A stretch of 63,998 nucleotides of DNA, counting the filler, from Circinaria calcarea (taxonomy: Eukaryota), in NCBI GenBank assembly GCA_051942165.1. It is 4 parts of 4 records of this genome, joined end to end, with 100 filler letters (N's around TTAATTAATTAA, not from the genome) between each part and the next. Parts side by side here need not be neighbours in the genome. Positions count along the whole stretch, not along the records: positions 32,275 to 48,288 come from JAVECS010000339.1; positions 48,389 to 63,998 come from JAVECS010000358.1; 2 more parts are not named here. The stretch is one strand, 5' to 3'. How positions within the stretch are numbered: position 1 is the first letter of the stretch; each line of letters starts with the position of its first letter. This document shows positions 47,822 through 60,480 of the stretch, piece by piece. Under the pieces are notes generated by a model, which was not told the DNA's origin, ran no database searches, and was given only the letters and a program-made list of their open reading frames with translations. The position numbers were made by a program, and so were the translations under genes.

Positions 47822-48288
47822 TTATCGCGCCATCAGCCGTCGCATGTCCCCGTAAACGGTAGTCATCAAGGACCGTATCCCAGTCATCCTGGACAAGCGA
47901 ATAGTGCTTTTGCTTGTTGAGACGAGGCTTTCTCGGATTAATCGCCCAGTAGCCAACGTCTGCATCCATTTCTTCGAGGTATCGCATCAGGTTCGGCCAA
48001 TAACGATCGCCTACATCTGGCGTATCTGGCGCGCCAAACTCGCCGACCCAGACCTGTGCGATTTGTTTCTCGAGTATATAGCCCCAGTTCTTTTGCACCG
48101 TTTTGACAAAGGAAGGGTACGGCCGCTTGCTGAAAGGCTTCATCTGACCCCAACCAGACCAAGCGTATACGTGTGCAGAGTAGACGACGCGGCCGGAGAC
48201 GCTATACTTGACCGGTCGATCTCGTATGCCAGATAGGTCGGTCGCAGAAGAGATTCCTTCAACGACCATCAACCAATTCGGTTGCAAT
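47822..48288 (-). CDS. Glycoside hydrolase family 5 (cellulase-like), C-terminal fragment; apparent frameshift near the end
   Basis: WLMVVEG, VVYSAHVY, WGYILE..VWVGEFG (nucleophile Glu), GYWAIN. The likely natural end LRDMRRLMAR* (stop 47822-47824) is out of frame by one G at ~47850. Confidence 0.8.
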
Positions 48289-48388
48289 NNNNNNNNNNNN
48301 NNNNNNNNNNNNNNNNNNNNNNNNNNNNNNNNTTAATTAATTAANNNNNNNNNNNNNNNNNNNNNNNNNNNNNNNNNNNNNNNNNNNN
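48289..48388. other. Artificial contig spacer N44-TTAATTAATTAA-N44
   Basis: Identical 100-nt spacer. Confidence 0.98.
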
Positions 48389-50165
48389 GTCAGTATGACC
48401 GCGATAGGGAGATGACAGACAATCGGCAGACTTACCAAATAAGAGAAGACATTTTATTTAGTCTTCCTATACCACTGCATTGTACTCGGGGACATATTTC
48501 GTTATTATTGTACCAACCTCGAATGACTATAGACATCGTAATGTTTGATCCTGGGCGTACAGCGGTGCTCCAGTTGCCTTTAGTAATAACCTGACCTTTC
48601 CCTCTAATACTCTTAAGGAGATATTCTCCACGAGATACTGAGCTGTAGCTAAGATGGTCTCTGAATGTAGCCTTAAGTAGGGATTCGAAAACCTAGAGTG
48701 GAAATTAGTCGAGAAAGCTGGCGGGGATGCCGATCGGGGTTTTTTGAATACAGTTTACGCACCTCCCAGTGGCAGAAATGAGAGAATTGAAGACCATGAA
48801 GACGGCCCAGGGCATCCTCAAAGCGAATGTTGTCTTCGAGAAGCATTGTAGGGCTCTGGAGCATGCTTTGACGAAATCTAAGTAGCATGTAACGTAGTTG
48901 CGGAGATCTTTGCCTATGACACGTAAACAAATGTATCCCACAGAGTCTAAGACATGTCGGTTACACTCACAAGATCTCCGCAAAAAGGACACATAAGATC
49001 ACCGCGATATCATACAAACTACATTATGTCTGTAAGGATGTATGCCCAATGAAATCTTATAAGCTTGCACTGCACCTTTTACAAAGCTCCAAGGCTATAT
49101 TACGCAACCCTACAAGAAGAGTTTTGATGGCGTTATAATCAATGCTAGGCAGCTCAAAGGCCGAATTGCTGGCCACCGGAGCACCTCGCATTGCATCTAG
49201 TCGCGCAAAGTTGATTCGAAGCGTTTGGTGCATACTCATAATTTCATCCTTGATTTGCAGGATGCACTGGGCTTGATTTACCGCGCTTTGTGTATCACTG
49301 TCCTGAAGCTGACTAGTGGGCTTGACCATCTGCGACGGTAGGGTTGAAATCTCTGGTAGTAGAGCTGTTTCACCGATAATGTGACTTTTCACCGTGCTCA
49401 GGCTTTCTTGCAAGTCATTGGTTGTTGTGTTTAGCAAGAGCTGTGTCATTTCTTCATGTACTCCGATCTTTGGTAAATTTCTGATCTCACTTGATAAAGG
49501 AGGGTAGTTGCAAACCAAAGTATCGTGATCGTCTAATCGGGCCCCGAGAATATTGACTCCCATATCGATTTGTGGATGAACCGCTCTGACGCCCGCTTGA
49601 GATGCTTGAATATGCGAGAGTAATGTGTCGTGATTCTCTTGAATTCGACTTTCGATCCTAGCAAGAGAATCTCTATGTCCATTCCGTTTTAGTATAAATT
49701 CCCGAGGATAAACTTATAAACCTAAAGAAGCACTCACACCTTTTGTGCGCTCAAGAGAAGATTTATACTCATGACCTGCGTGCTAATCATGCTCCTCATC
49801 TTCGCAACCTCCTTCTCCATGTATATGCCCCATTGTGCCTTCCTCATGTCCTTTCGACCATGCTTCCGTACGGAATCCGCCGCCAGACTCTTCTCATACT
49901 TCTGTATATCATCCAGGAATTGCTGTAAGGGCAGCTTGCAGCTAACAGCCATGCACCTGATGGCATTGACATGGTCGGCGTTGTACTCATTAGGCTCCAG
50001 CGCTTCGAGGTATAAGAGCGTCCTCTTTAGGCCGTTGAGTTGAAGTACCACCTGCTGATACTCCACGGAGGCTCCATTTGTGTCTTTGAGCGCATTGGAG
50101 ACTTTGGCGATAAGTCCGATCGCCGTAATGAAGTCTCCAGCGGAGAACCCAAAGGCAGCAGCCAT
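48389..50165 (-). CDS. Protein with N-terminal Helo/SesA-like helical domain and C-terminal fungal ubiquitin-like domain; multi-exon, 3' end lost at the gap
   Basis: FGFSAGDFITAIGLIAKVSNALKDTNGASVEYQ N-terminus; IRFEDALGR..FCHWE|VFESLLKATF..GEYLL..WSTAVRPGSNITMSI followed by CPRVQC. Confidence 0.7.
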
Positions 50166-51495
50166 CACCGCAGAGCCTAGCCATGCGGGAAATCGCAATG
50201 GACTTGGTCTGGCATCATCATTTATCGTACTGAGACGGGGTCAGTTAAGGACAAGAAATGGTAGTCATGGCAAAACGCTTTTGCGATCAACCTTGTAGGC
50301 AGCCTTGCACCCTCGCTGCATGCACTCAGCAAAGGTGGCGTAGCAATGGGTAAAGCTTCATCCAATCAGGAGGTTTGAACGGAAATCTCCTACACTAGGC
50401 ATCTAGGTAAATCAAGACAAAGAGCACAATGACCATGCAATGCGATTGAGGGACTTCATAGTGTTAGAAGTCGAAGAGATAGTCGTCACATTGCTATAGT
50501 CACCGTCCAGGCACAAAGCCCACTCTACCGAAGTTGGACGGACACCACAGAAAACTTAAGGTCGGTGTCCAGATAGATGTTAACCCCCTTTTTTGATTGC
50601 AATAAACTAGTTTCACGATGCCAAAGCTACTATTGCTCTGCACATTCTTACCAGAGTCTACTGGGACCTTGCGTTGATGCCCCACATCTAACAATCTAGC
50701 TCTCCAAGTTCCCAACGAATAGGGGTTGGATATCTTGAACTCCTCAGCTTCCACCCTCCGAGGCCGGGATATCCCATCGGCATTTGTAAAACAGCAGCCA
50801 TGCACTGCATTTCATTATATTCAAGGGAGTTTGTAATCATTATAACTACAGTAAGCTCATCGATGGCAACATGAACTAATCCCCACCATCCTTACATAGA
50901 GTCGAAAGAGCCAAGGAATTTACCGGGCAGTTTCTCCTCCCCCAGGCTCCCGCATATCCATAGCATCCCCGAAAAACCCAAGTTCATATGCTAATTGTTT
51001 CTCTGATCAACATGTGGGTATTCCCTTATATCCTCTTAACGGTTGATTGCAGCCCTGAACGTTCTAAAGCATAACATGCGCGGTCGAAAGTATTCAGAAT
51101 GACAGCGGATAACGAGCAAGAGTTCCAAAGAAAGGTGCTAAAATGAGCAATCGTGCCCTTGGAGTTGCCAACTTCTAGCAATTATAGTAGAACTAGGGGT
51201 GGCGTACCGCTGCGGGACGCCGTGCCTGTTTCAAGCTCGAGGTCGACCAGATATTGTATCGGAGTCAGTATCTATTTGATGAGGAGGTGGAAGAGAGACC
51301 TATATGGTAGAGCCGATTGTAACGCAAAAGTGAGAACCAAGCCCGGAGCCAAGGAAGATATCGTTGCAGGAAGTGGTGGGGCATTTGCAGGGAGCAGTCA
51401 AGACAGACGGAGAGATACCGTTAGAGCTTATATGTGAGCGTTGAATCTAATCGGCAGCAAGACGCCAGAACTTGAAGGTATCTATCACCCTATCT

Positions 51496-52861
51496 CTAGG
51501 CAGTATTGCAAGTTCTAACACTCTTTCGCTTTTGCACCGCTTCCCAGGTGCAGGAATTTATTTCCACAGCTATGTTCTTCCACGGTTCCTGCTGTTGAAA
51601 AATCGTCATATTTACGTGAGGGGGTAGAGCATTGAGTCCTATCAAGTACCGGATCAGTTCGGTCGCCAATTTCGAGAATCTCCCGCTTACCACTAAGGCC
51701 ATCCTCTCTCCTCTTTCCTCGATGATTAATCTGACGCGACGGTTGGGGTCCAAAGTATGCCCTGCCACCCTGTGCGGGTTGGAAAGGAGGTTGAACGCAG
51801 ATATTCATGAGGGTAGCTAAAGCGGTCCGAACCTGCCCCCAGTCTAGAACAATAGCAACGGCGGCGGAGATGGCAAGGTAGCAGGTGTCTATTGAGTCAT
51901 ATTTAGTGAACTGTTCATGGAATTCAGCAGAACCAGCTTACTGGAATGAAAGAACGTAACTTGCCCAGGCCGTAGCTTCAAGGAATCAGAAGCTGGGCTA
52001 AGCTGATGCCACTCTATCTGAGTACAGTCGACCGTAGGAGGGCTTCCGAGGTTGGCGTCACATTCATAGGTCATTTCAGAATCTTGCTGAGGTTGGTACC
52101 ACCAAGGGATCGTACCACCTCGTGTCATAAATTGCGCGCGTGTTCTCCATAGCTGAGTACTGATTTCCAGCATTTTCTTGAGACCTCCGGGTTCTTTTAT
52201 ACTGTCTTTTTCGAGATTCTGGGCCCTTGCGAGTGCTGCTGGAATCATGGGGTCAAAATCACCGGGTTTTCTCGATTGATACCGGTCTGTGACTGTGACG
52301 GTAATAAAGGTTGTGAAGGGTGCTTCGGGTTTCATGTCAGTCATCAGTACGATTGGCCGAAATGGGGCCATGGGTAAGCTCAAATCCCTTACGATAGGGG
52401 GCAGTGTAATCAACGTAGGGATTGAGGGTGTAAGTCACTAGGTTTTGTAACCCGAACGTCATAAAGCCTCCAATTCCGCCTTTTGCAACTACACACTCTG
52501 CAATTAACCATGCTGCCATGGAACGCAACATGTCCGGTACGATTTCTATACTCGTGATAGGAGTAGGACCCGCGGTTTCAATTTTAATCCAGCATTCATC
52601 TGAAAGTGACGGTTAGTCTCTCCAGTTTGAACCATTACCCATGGAGGGTTGCTCACCATAAACTAGAGTCAGTGGAAGGCCGAAAGCGGTTGCCATTCTC
52701 TGATTGACAGTGTATGGAATGGGGCGATTGAATTGTGGAAGGTTACCCCCTGCCCGCAAGCATGACGGAAATCTGAGGTCGGAGCCATAGATTCGGTCGC
52801 ATACAAAGAAGTCTGGGTAATGGGGAGCAGCAGCCTCCACTAAGAGAAGAGAAACAGCCAT
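51496..52861 (-). CDS. Secreted cysteine-containing protein with two tandem related domains, 5 exons
   Basis: Short signal MAVSLLLVEAAA. Domain 1: CDRIYG..SCLRA..LP..ECWIKI..LIAECV..GIGG. Domain 2: CDANLG..DCTQI..TCYLAI..LMNICV..QGG. GT..AG introns join four ORF-track pieces. Confidence 0.7.
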
Positions 52862-53407
52862 GAGTCTTATTGCGGACTGTGTTTTGCAATATTCTACAAC
52901 AGGTGGAGGACATGCGTGACATTTTGATGTCCCCCTTGCTCTTTGCACGCACTGGCTGTTGTGAAAGCGCTCAGGCAGACTTTTGCTTTGGCAACGATGC
53001 TCAAAAAGCGCTTATACGTACCTGGTCTAATAGGCAATGCGTAGCCAAGGATGTCGGAACATATCCAAATAAAACTTGCCGATGCCCTACCCGCGCTTCC
53101 AAAGTTATATAGATGAGACTGCACACAAAAAAGGATGTTGCAATGGCTAGAGACTAGATTTCATCCATCTTATCGAACATCAACCTTATGATAGAGTTAC
53201 CGTAGTAGAGCTACGACGGATGTGGAGAAACATTTCGCCGTCGAATATAAATCGAATGGAGGGCGCTATTTGATAGGATACAGGAGTAGCAAGAAGCACC
53301 TCTCTCCGCTCCCTAGATTCGTACAATCACCCCTTTCATAAGAGTCTTCCTTCCTCTCCGCCTATACATCCCTCCTCTCCTGTCACTTGGCCTGGAAAGT
53401 GGATACT

Positions 53408-53467
53408 ATGGCGACCTTTGATAGCCTCCCAAACGAGTTGCTCGTGCTGCTGTTTCAAAGCGCGTAA
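53408..53467 (+). pseudogene. Isolated F-box start remnant
   Basis: ATG..TAA encoding MATFDSLPNELLVLLFQSA*, a typical fungal F-box opening (LPxEL) with no continuation. Confidence 0.4.
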
Positions 53468-53757
53468 ACTAATTATAAGACGTCCTGCAGTGCTCCGTGG
53501 ATAGCAGAGTGGACACCTGGTGGTCCTGAGGAATTGCCAAAGGGGTAATGGCCAAGTTAAAGTAGCGACTGGCTGTCTTTTCTGTCGTTGATGGTCTCGT
53601 AATGCTAATTGGTGATTTTACCTGCTTCGGCCCCCATCGTAGCCCTTAGCTCCTGCATCGAGCGCTAAAATATACAACTAACGTGTACCTTTTCGAAGCC
53701 CCGACTTCGACACCTTCATACTATTGCCTCTTATCCAGTCACAGGTATTCAAATATC

Positions 53758-55055
53758 ATGGCCAAGTCCCGTTCAGCCAAGAAACATAATTCCGCCCAAA
53801 CCCCCCGTACTAAGCACCGCTCAAAACCACAGGCCACCCCTTCCCCAACTGACCTCCTAAAACAAGCCACCGCCCTTTTGCAAACCGGCCAACCCGCCTC
53901 CGCCCTGCCGCTGGCCGAGAAAGCTTTGTCCGTTCTGCAATCCAATCCTTCATCACCACCAACCACCGCATTACCCGCGCTCACCCTTCTCGGCGAAATC
54001 TACCTCGAAATCGGATCCCCAGCTGTCGCAACTACACACTTCCTACGCGCCGTTGATCTCGATCCCCATGGACTCATACCTGAGGCTCTCGGCGGTTGTG
54101 CAGAAAAGTTTCTATGGTTGGCGCAATTGAGCGAGGAGGGTGGGGAAGAAAGCGTACGGTGGTTTGAGCGGGGCGTGGCGGTTTTACGGAGGGAGATGGG
54201 AGAATTAGAGGAACGACTGGTCAACGCCAAGGGAGCGGAGAAACAAGAGATAGAGGAGACATTGGAGGAGAAGCGACGGAAGATAGCAGGGGCTTTATGT
54301 GGGATCGTGGAAGTCTATATGACGGATCTATCGTAAGTCGTTTCCTCCATCATCTAATTGTACCCGCCCTATGCCGTCTCCCAGTTCACCTATCGTTTTC
54401 TGACTTCACTACCATGGCTAGCTGGGATCCCTCCGCCGAATCCCACTGCGAGACTCACATAACCACGGCGCTCCTTCTCGCACCCTCCTCGCCCACCCCG
54501 CTTCAAACCCTCGCCTCCGTTCGACTCTCTCAATTCAACCTGTCCGCTGCTCGATCCGCACTCACACGTTCTCTTGCGCTTTGGACGTATCTTCCTCCCT
54601 CCCATCCTCTCATCCCCGATTACCCTACGCGCATTTCCCTCGCGAGGCTCCTTATGGAAGCGGAGATGGAGGAAGAAGCGTTGGAGGTATTGGAGAGGTT
54701 GGTAGGGGAAGACGATGAGAGCGTGGAGGCGTGGTATTTGGGGGGATGGTGTCTGTGGTTACTTGGAGGGAAGGAGGAAGAGAAAGGGAAGAGGAGAGGA
54801 GCATGGGTGGCGAGTCGAGAGTGGTTAAGGGAGGGATTGAGGTTGTATGAAGTGCTAAAGTATGAGGATGAGCGGTTACAGGAACATGCTGCGGAATTGG
54901 TAGGACAGTTGGACGAGGAATTAGGGGAGGGCAATGGGGAGGATGAGGATGAAGACGAAGATGAGGGGGACGAAGAGTGGGAGGATGAGGATGTAGATGA
55001 TAAAAATGAGGAGGAACGGAAACCGGACGAGGATCACGAGATGGAGGGGACATGA
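53758..55055 (+). CDS. ACL4: TPR protein, assembly chaperone of ribosomal protein L4, 2 exons
   Basis: AEKFLWLAQLSEEGG, EVYMTDLS|WD..AESHCE, LQTLASVRLSQ, EDDESVEAWYLGGW; acidic tail. Confidence 0.88.
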
Positions 55056-55289
55056 ACTGAGACACTACATGATAAGTCAGCAGTTTACAATACTCAAACT
55101 ACCCGTGCAAGCCGCCATTTCAAACTATAGATTCTGATTGAGGCAGTGTGAGGGCTGCCCGGATGGTTTCTAATGCCCTGTGGAACGAGAGGCTATTCAG
55201 TCGTTAGCACCAACCGCTATAAATCAAAGAACGTCTTACACGACTGGACGCATACCGGCCTCAGGGAAACTAAGGAGTAGAGGAGCAGA

Positions 55290-55900
55290 CTAAGAGTCTG
55301 TCCAAGAATCCAAGGAATACCGTCTGCTCTGACCTTTGTCCAAGCTGGTAGTCTGGGATGTGTTTGTCAAGCATATGTAGCAGATAGCAATCCCGGCACA
55401 AACAATTGGCTGATATGTTCGTATGTGGACACAACGTAGCCACCCCAGGGTCGCAGTGAAAAGAATTAGGAAAGCTGCTATGACACCACCGTAACCGGTT
55501 GTTGTTGGAGAGGTAGCTTTCGAAACATAGATAGCTAAAATGCCCCATCCAAGACCCACAGCAGTACCAAGAGTGGTAAGAACAACGCCATCAGGTTATG
55601 AGCCGATGGTTCCCCCCGGACGATTGATGGCTGATATAACAATAATGTAACTGTACTTTCCCAACCAATCTCTCGAGACGGGTATCAAACGAACGACATA
55701 CACAGTTACGGTTCTGGTCGTTGGACGAAGAGAGAAGAGACTGCCTAGCTTTCTCGGTCATAGAACCGTGATCAAACTCAACGAGTCGATAGATTGATGC
55801 GTCAAAGGAGCTATCGCGCAGTTCATCCTCACCATATGTCTCGATCTCCGCATCAACTGCGCCGAACAAGTGCTCAAGCTGAAGGTGACTTCAACTCATA
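55290..55900 (-). pseudogene. Truncated pseudogene of an aromatic acid exporter-like (ArAE_2/DUF2421-type) membrane protein
   Basis: LFGAVDAEIETYGEDELRDSSFDA, then after a frame change LIPVSRDWLGKYSYIIVISAINRPGGTIGS*PDGVVLTTLGTAVGLGWG..GYGGVIAAFL..WLRC..CAGIAICY. TAA at 55596-55598; most of the protein is missing. Confidence 0.7.
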
Positions 55901-56414
55901 CATAGCGACTGGTACAGTGGATTTGGACGAGTGGCGTTCTTGGAACCTCATCATAATCCTCTAACACTTGGCCCTTTGCCATAGGATCCTAGGTAAATGT
56001 GTTCGTCGAAGACGATGGAGTGAACACTGCATCTTCAATAGATTCATGCCCTAGAGATGCAGGCTTGCGACGCTGAAAGGCATTTCTTGATAATATATTC
56101 GATTTGTCTGTGTTGGGCACCGGGAGATGTAGACGCTGTCCATTTTATTTGATCTCCCGAGACCCTATTTTTGTCCTCATCTTGGCTCATTGTTCCTCCA
56201 TACTCCACATGAATTACACAAGTAGTATGTACTGATAGTCAAAACTTTGGGACATTTTGCTGTTGATTGATGGCCTGATGTTAGAGATCCACGCTAAGAT
56301 AACCGGCAGAGATTCTCCGAAAGGCCGATCTTCTCGGCGCTCCTCTACTCCGTACCTCGGGACATTGTACGCGTCTAACGATTCAATCACATTGGGGTGA
56401 ACAGCGACACGGCG

Positions 56415-58163
56415 ATGGCTAGCGGCGAGGGTGTGGTCGACGGGACCCCGCTTAAAGGTCCAGTCTTCGAAGTTATCGATCTGACGTCCGACAACGGTTC
56501 AGTAGATGAACCCCTCAAAAACCTGTTGCAATCGTGTATCGCGAGTGCAAAGCGCGATTCTGCACAAGAGCACGAAAGTGGAGAGGAGAGTGAAGAAGAG
56601 CAATGGGAATCGGAGTCCTTCTACGAGGACTTTGTAGAGGGTTTAGGAGATGAGGATACATTTGGTGGAGGTAGGACTGTCGTGTTTGTATGATCCAACT
56701 CGAAAGGTAACAGTGTTGATCCTCCACGCAGCCGTAGACTCTTGTACGCTGGAAGAGGCCATCGCTTTTCGAAAACGACTTCGAGAAGTCGGGGAGGACC
56801 AATTCATTACGGAGACGATAGAGGCTGCGACAATTTCTGCAAAGAAGCTATGTACAGCTTTCGGCATTTCTTCACCGCCGCTGTTTGAAGGCTTGCCAGA
56901 TGTGAGTTGAAATTATTGCCACATACATGGAAGAGCGTGCTAAACGTATGCAGAGTGCGTACTACCCTCTTCTTGGTCTGGGCATTTCTCGAGAACTCTC
57001 GAAACGCGTCAAACTTCCGCAATACAATACAATAGATGATGTAGCCTCCCTGCTCAAAACATCCAAGAACATCATAGTCCTTACGGGGGCAGGAGTACGT
57101 TAGGTGGATTACATGTGCTTTGGGTTTAACTGAAACTCTGTATTAGATATCCACTAGTCTTGGTATCCCTGACTTTCGGTCCAAGGACACTGGTCTGTAC
57201 TCCCAACTAGCACACCTCGGTCTCAGCGACCCCCAGGAAGTATTTGATATAGAGATCTTTCGCGAAGATCCTACCATATTTTACTCTGTTGCCAAGGATA
57301 TTCTGCCGTCGACGAACAAATTCTCCCCTACCCATGCATTCATTCGACTGCTTCAAGAAAAGGGGAAGTTGCTCACAAACTTTACTCAAAATATAGACAA
57401 CCTTGAAGGCCACGCAGGGATTCTACCTGAAAAGCTTATACAATGTCATGGCTCTTTTGCGACAGCGTCGTGCATGAAATGTAAAGATCAAGTGAATGGG
57501 GAGGTAATATACGAAGACCTGAAGGCTGGCAGAGTAGCTCGCTGCGATAAATGCATCAAGCAGTTACGACAAAGTAATGCAACTGGTTTGAAGAGAAAGA
57601 GGAGCTCTAACAGTACCATACACAGTAAGTTGCGAAAAAGGGAAAAGTATGAGGACAGCAGCGATAAGGAGGATTACGACATTGCAGTCGCTGGCATAAT
57701 GAAGGTTTGTACAGGGAATAAATCTAAGTGATTACGTGCTGAAGCTTGGCAGCCTGATATCACCTTCTTTGGTGAGGCGCTCTCAGCAAAGTTCCATGAC
57801 CGTGTCGTGAAGCACGACCGGAGGCTCGTGGACCTCGTGATCGTAATAGGGACCTCGCTCAAAGTTGCCCCTGTCTCTGAAGTCGTCGGGTTTCTCCCTC
57901 CTGATGTGCCTCAAATATATATCTCTCGAACGGTGAGCAGGCCCAACATCCGACAGTAGATTCTACTAATTTCATGGTAGCCGTGCTCACATGTCAATTT
58001 CGACGTCGATATGCTTGGTGACTGCGATGTAGTGGTCGCCGAGCTCTGCAAACGGGCAGGCTGGAAGCTCGATCACGAGATGATTCCCAAGAATCAAAAG
58101 ATCGATGTACAGTCACAAGACGGTTATGATTCTCGTTATTCATTTAAGCCCATACCGGCATAG
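56415..58163 (+). CDS. SIR2: NAD-dependent histone deacetylase (Sir2/Hst1 sirtuin), multi-exon
   Basis: [64 protein letters not shown]. Confidence 0.93.
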
Positions 58164-59542
58164 CGTGGTTTTGAAACTAGCAAGCTAGGTGGCTTATTTC
58201 ATCATATTGGCGTGCATACTTTCGAGATACCATGTTGAGATTCAGCGAGGCGTGGAAGGGTGGCTTGTATTTATTTCGGGTAAAGCTAAGGGATACTTGG
58301 GGGAGAAGGCTCAATATGACGGAATAAGCATAGGAGCTTATGCATTGCAGATATCAAACCGCAGGACTGTACACAAGTAATTGGATGAACCGGACCATGC
58401 ATGGCATACTCGACAACATACTCTGCGTGGCGCCTGCTCTATTCCTTCACATGTCTTGAGTTTTACTCCGCTGCTTTCCCTGTCTTGTTATATACATTGC
58501 TAATGGACGCCTACTGAAAGAGGTGGACTCTGTCAGCCTTCACGAATTCAAGGCTAATACTGAACCATGGCTTCTCCAATGACGAGGCTTGAAGTCATAC
58601 ACTCTATTCTGATAAAGCTAAGCAAGCTGTAGTTCTTAGTGCCGATGGCACGTGACTAATTAGCCCTATCAGTGGAGGAACTTGACTTGTAGATATGTGC
58701 TGAGATTATCGATAATATTTAAATAACTATAACTAGAACGCAGATGACCGTCATGAGTGCGAGGCTAATTTTTAGTACGTTTATGCTACTCACCCCAAGC
58801 TTGTCAAGTTACAAGCCGTTTGCTTGCATTTCCTAGGTGTGCATACTATTGTAGAATCAACGCAGCACCTCGCTTGGTTATGTCTAGTGACTAATAATAG
58901 TTCAAAGCGCTTAGGCCGAGCTCCTAATACCTTTTGCCTCCACCAATGCTTTCCATTTCCGTCTCATTACTCACCCAACCATCCTCATCCTCGTTTATCC
59001 TTCTACGAACCTTTGCATACCATTCGAATCTGCTTCTACCGCTTCAAATACTGCAGCTTCACGGGTCCCCTACTTTACAAACATCATAACTCTACAGCTT
59101 TGGCCACGGTGTCTGTCAACTTCTCAGGTAAGTGACGGCCATTCGGGAGTTCTGGCCATCCAATTTTGAGGCGGTATTTTTGAATCACTGATTTGGTATA
59201 TTCTACGCACCTTCGATGATTTAGTGCTTCTGGTATTAGTTGCGGTCTTGTAATGAGAATCCTCCTTATTTTCTTACTCCCTTTCCACTCTATTTTCGAC
59301 TTGCGAACTGGAGTTTACGTTGAATGATATCGTCTTAGGCCCTGACTAACTTGATATAAGACTTAGGTCTTGATCTTGCCCAAGCCCCCCGTTGGAAGTC
59401 GATTGCCTTGGTCTCCTTGGCACTCTTGCAGTCGTATCTCACGCGCCACTCCAAATTGAAGAGAATAGGTCAAACGGTGCCTCTTCTCGTCTCGAAATAA
59501 TCTAACTATTATTAGCCGTTCCTTAGGCCTCGATAACTCAAG

Positions 59543-60480
59543 ATGTCAATTCAGTTTAACAACGCCCAGGGGAGCCTTCCAGCCAGGTATGCTGTATCTC
59601 TCCATATCTCCTCAACTAGATTAGTCATATGACTATCATTAACATTGTTTTTTCACGCAGCCAAGCATCTCATCCTACGCTGGTTACCAATCAAACCACC
59701 CAGGTCGTAAACTCTTTCCCATACGACCGCCTACCAGTTGAGGTTCGAGTAATGATTCTCAAAGAAATCTTGGGAAACCGGGTAATTCACATCGCGCGCC
59801 GCTCCGACCTCTGCAATCGATACCTAGAGCATGACTGCTGGACACATAATGCCCAAGATGAAAGCCGATCATTCAATACGTCTTGGGGAATGATCCCCAG
59901 TCTTCGATTATTTCATCCAATCCCGGACACTAGCATCCTCAAGACCTGTCGCGAGATATCAAGTGAGGGAAGCCGTATTCTATGGTCAACCTGTACTTTC
60001 GCATTTAGCATACCAAAGCTCTTTTCCCAGTTCATGAAGGTAACAGACTCCACCGAACGAAACTCCATCCGTCATCTTCGTCTAGTACTTACGGAATATA
60101 CCCCGCGGCCAGTCCGCTCCGAACCCATGACATGGAATAGGGTACTATCAACTGAAGCGATAAAGAGTCTTGGCAGCTTACAAACGGTCAAGGTGATTAT
60201 GTGCGTCAGGAACTGGGGTAGTGTCTTGTCCCACATGGAATTTCAGGACACTTTCGTGGAGGGTTTGACCCGATTCTCAACGATAAACCTGCAGCGCATC
60301 GAAGTCTCCGTAGAGGCCAGCCCAGGTTTCAATATCCAAACGCCCGGCTTTGTGTCGCCCACGATAGTTTGGCCAAAGCGACAGAGGGTTGAGTATGCTC
60401 AGATTATCAAGGATTCAATGACGTGGAAGGAGGAGCAACTGGAAGCTACCTCGTCGACTACTAGAGGGGTAGCACCGTGA
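59543..60480 (+). CDS. F-box-like (DUF7730-type) protein, 2 coding exons
   Basis: YDRLPVEVRVMILKEILGNRVIHI, SILKTCREISSEGSRILWSTCTFAF, IRHLRL. Intron 59588-59660 just before the F-box motif. Confidence 0.75.

Noticed and set aside
50500..51000. Possible spliced gene relic on the minus strand
   Set aside because: Donor-like sites are present, but there is no recognisable protein motif or consistent frame.
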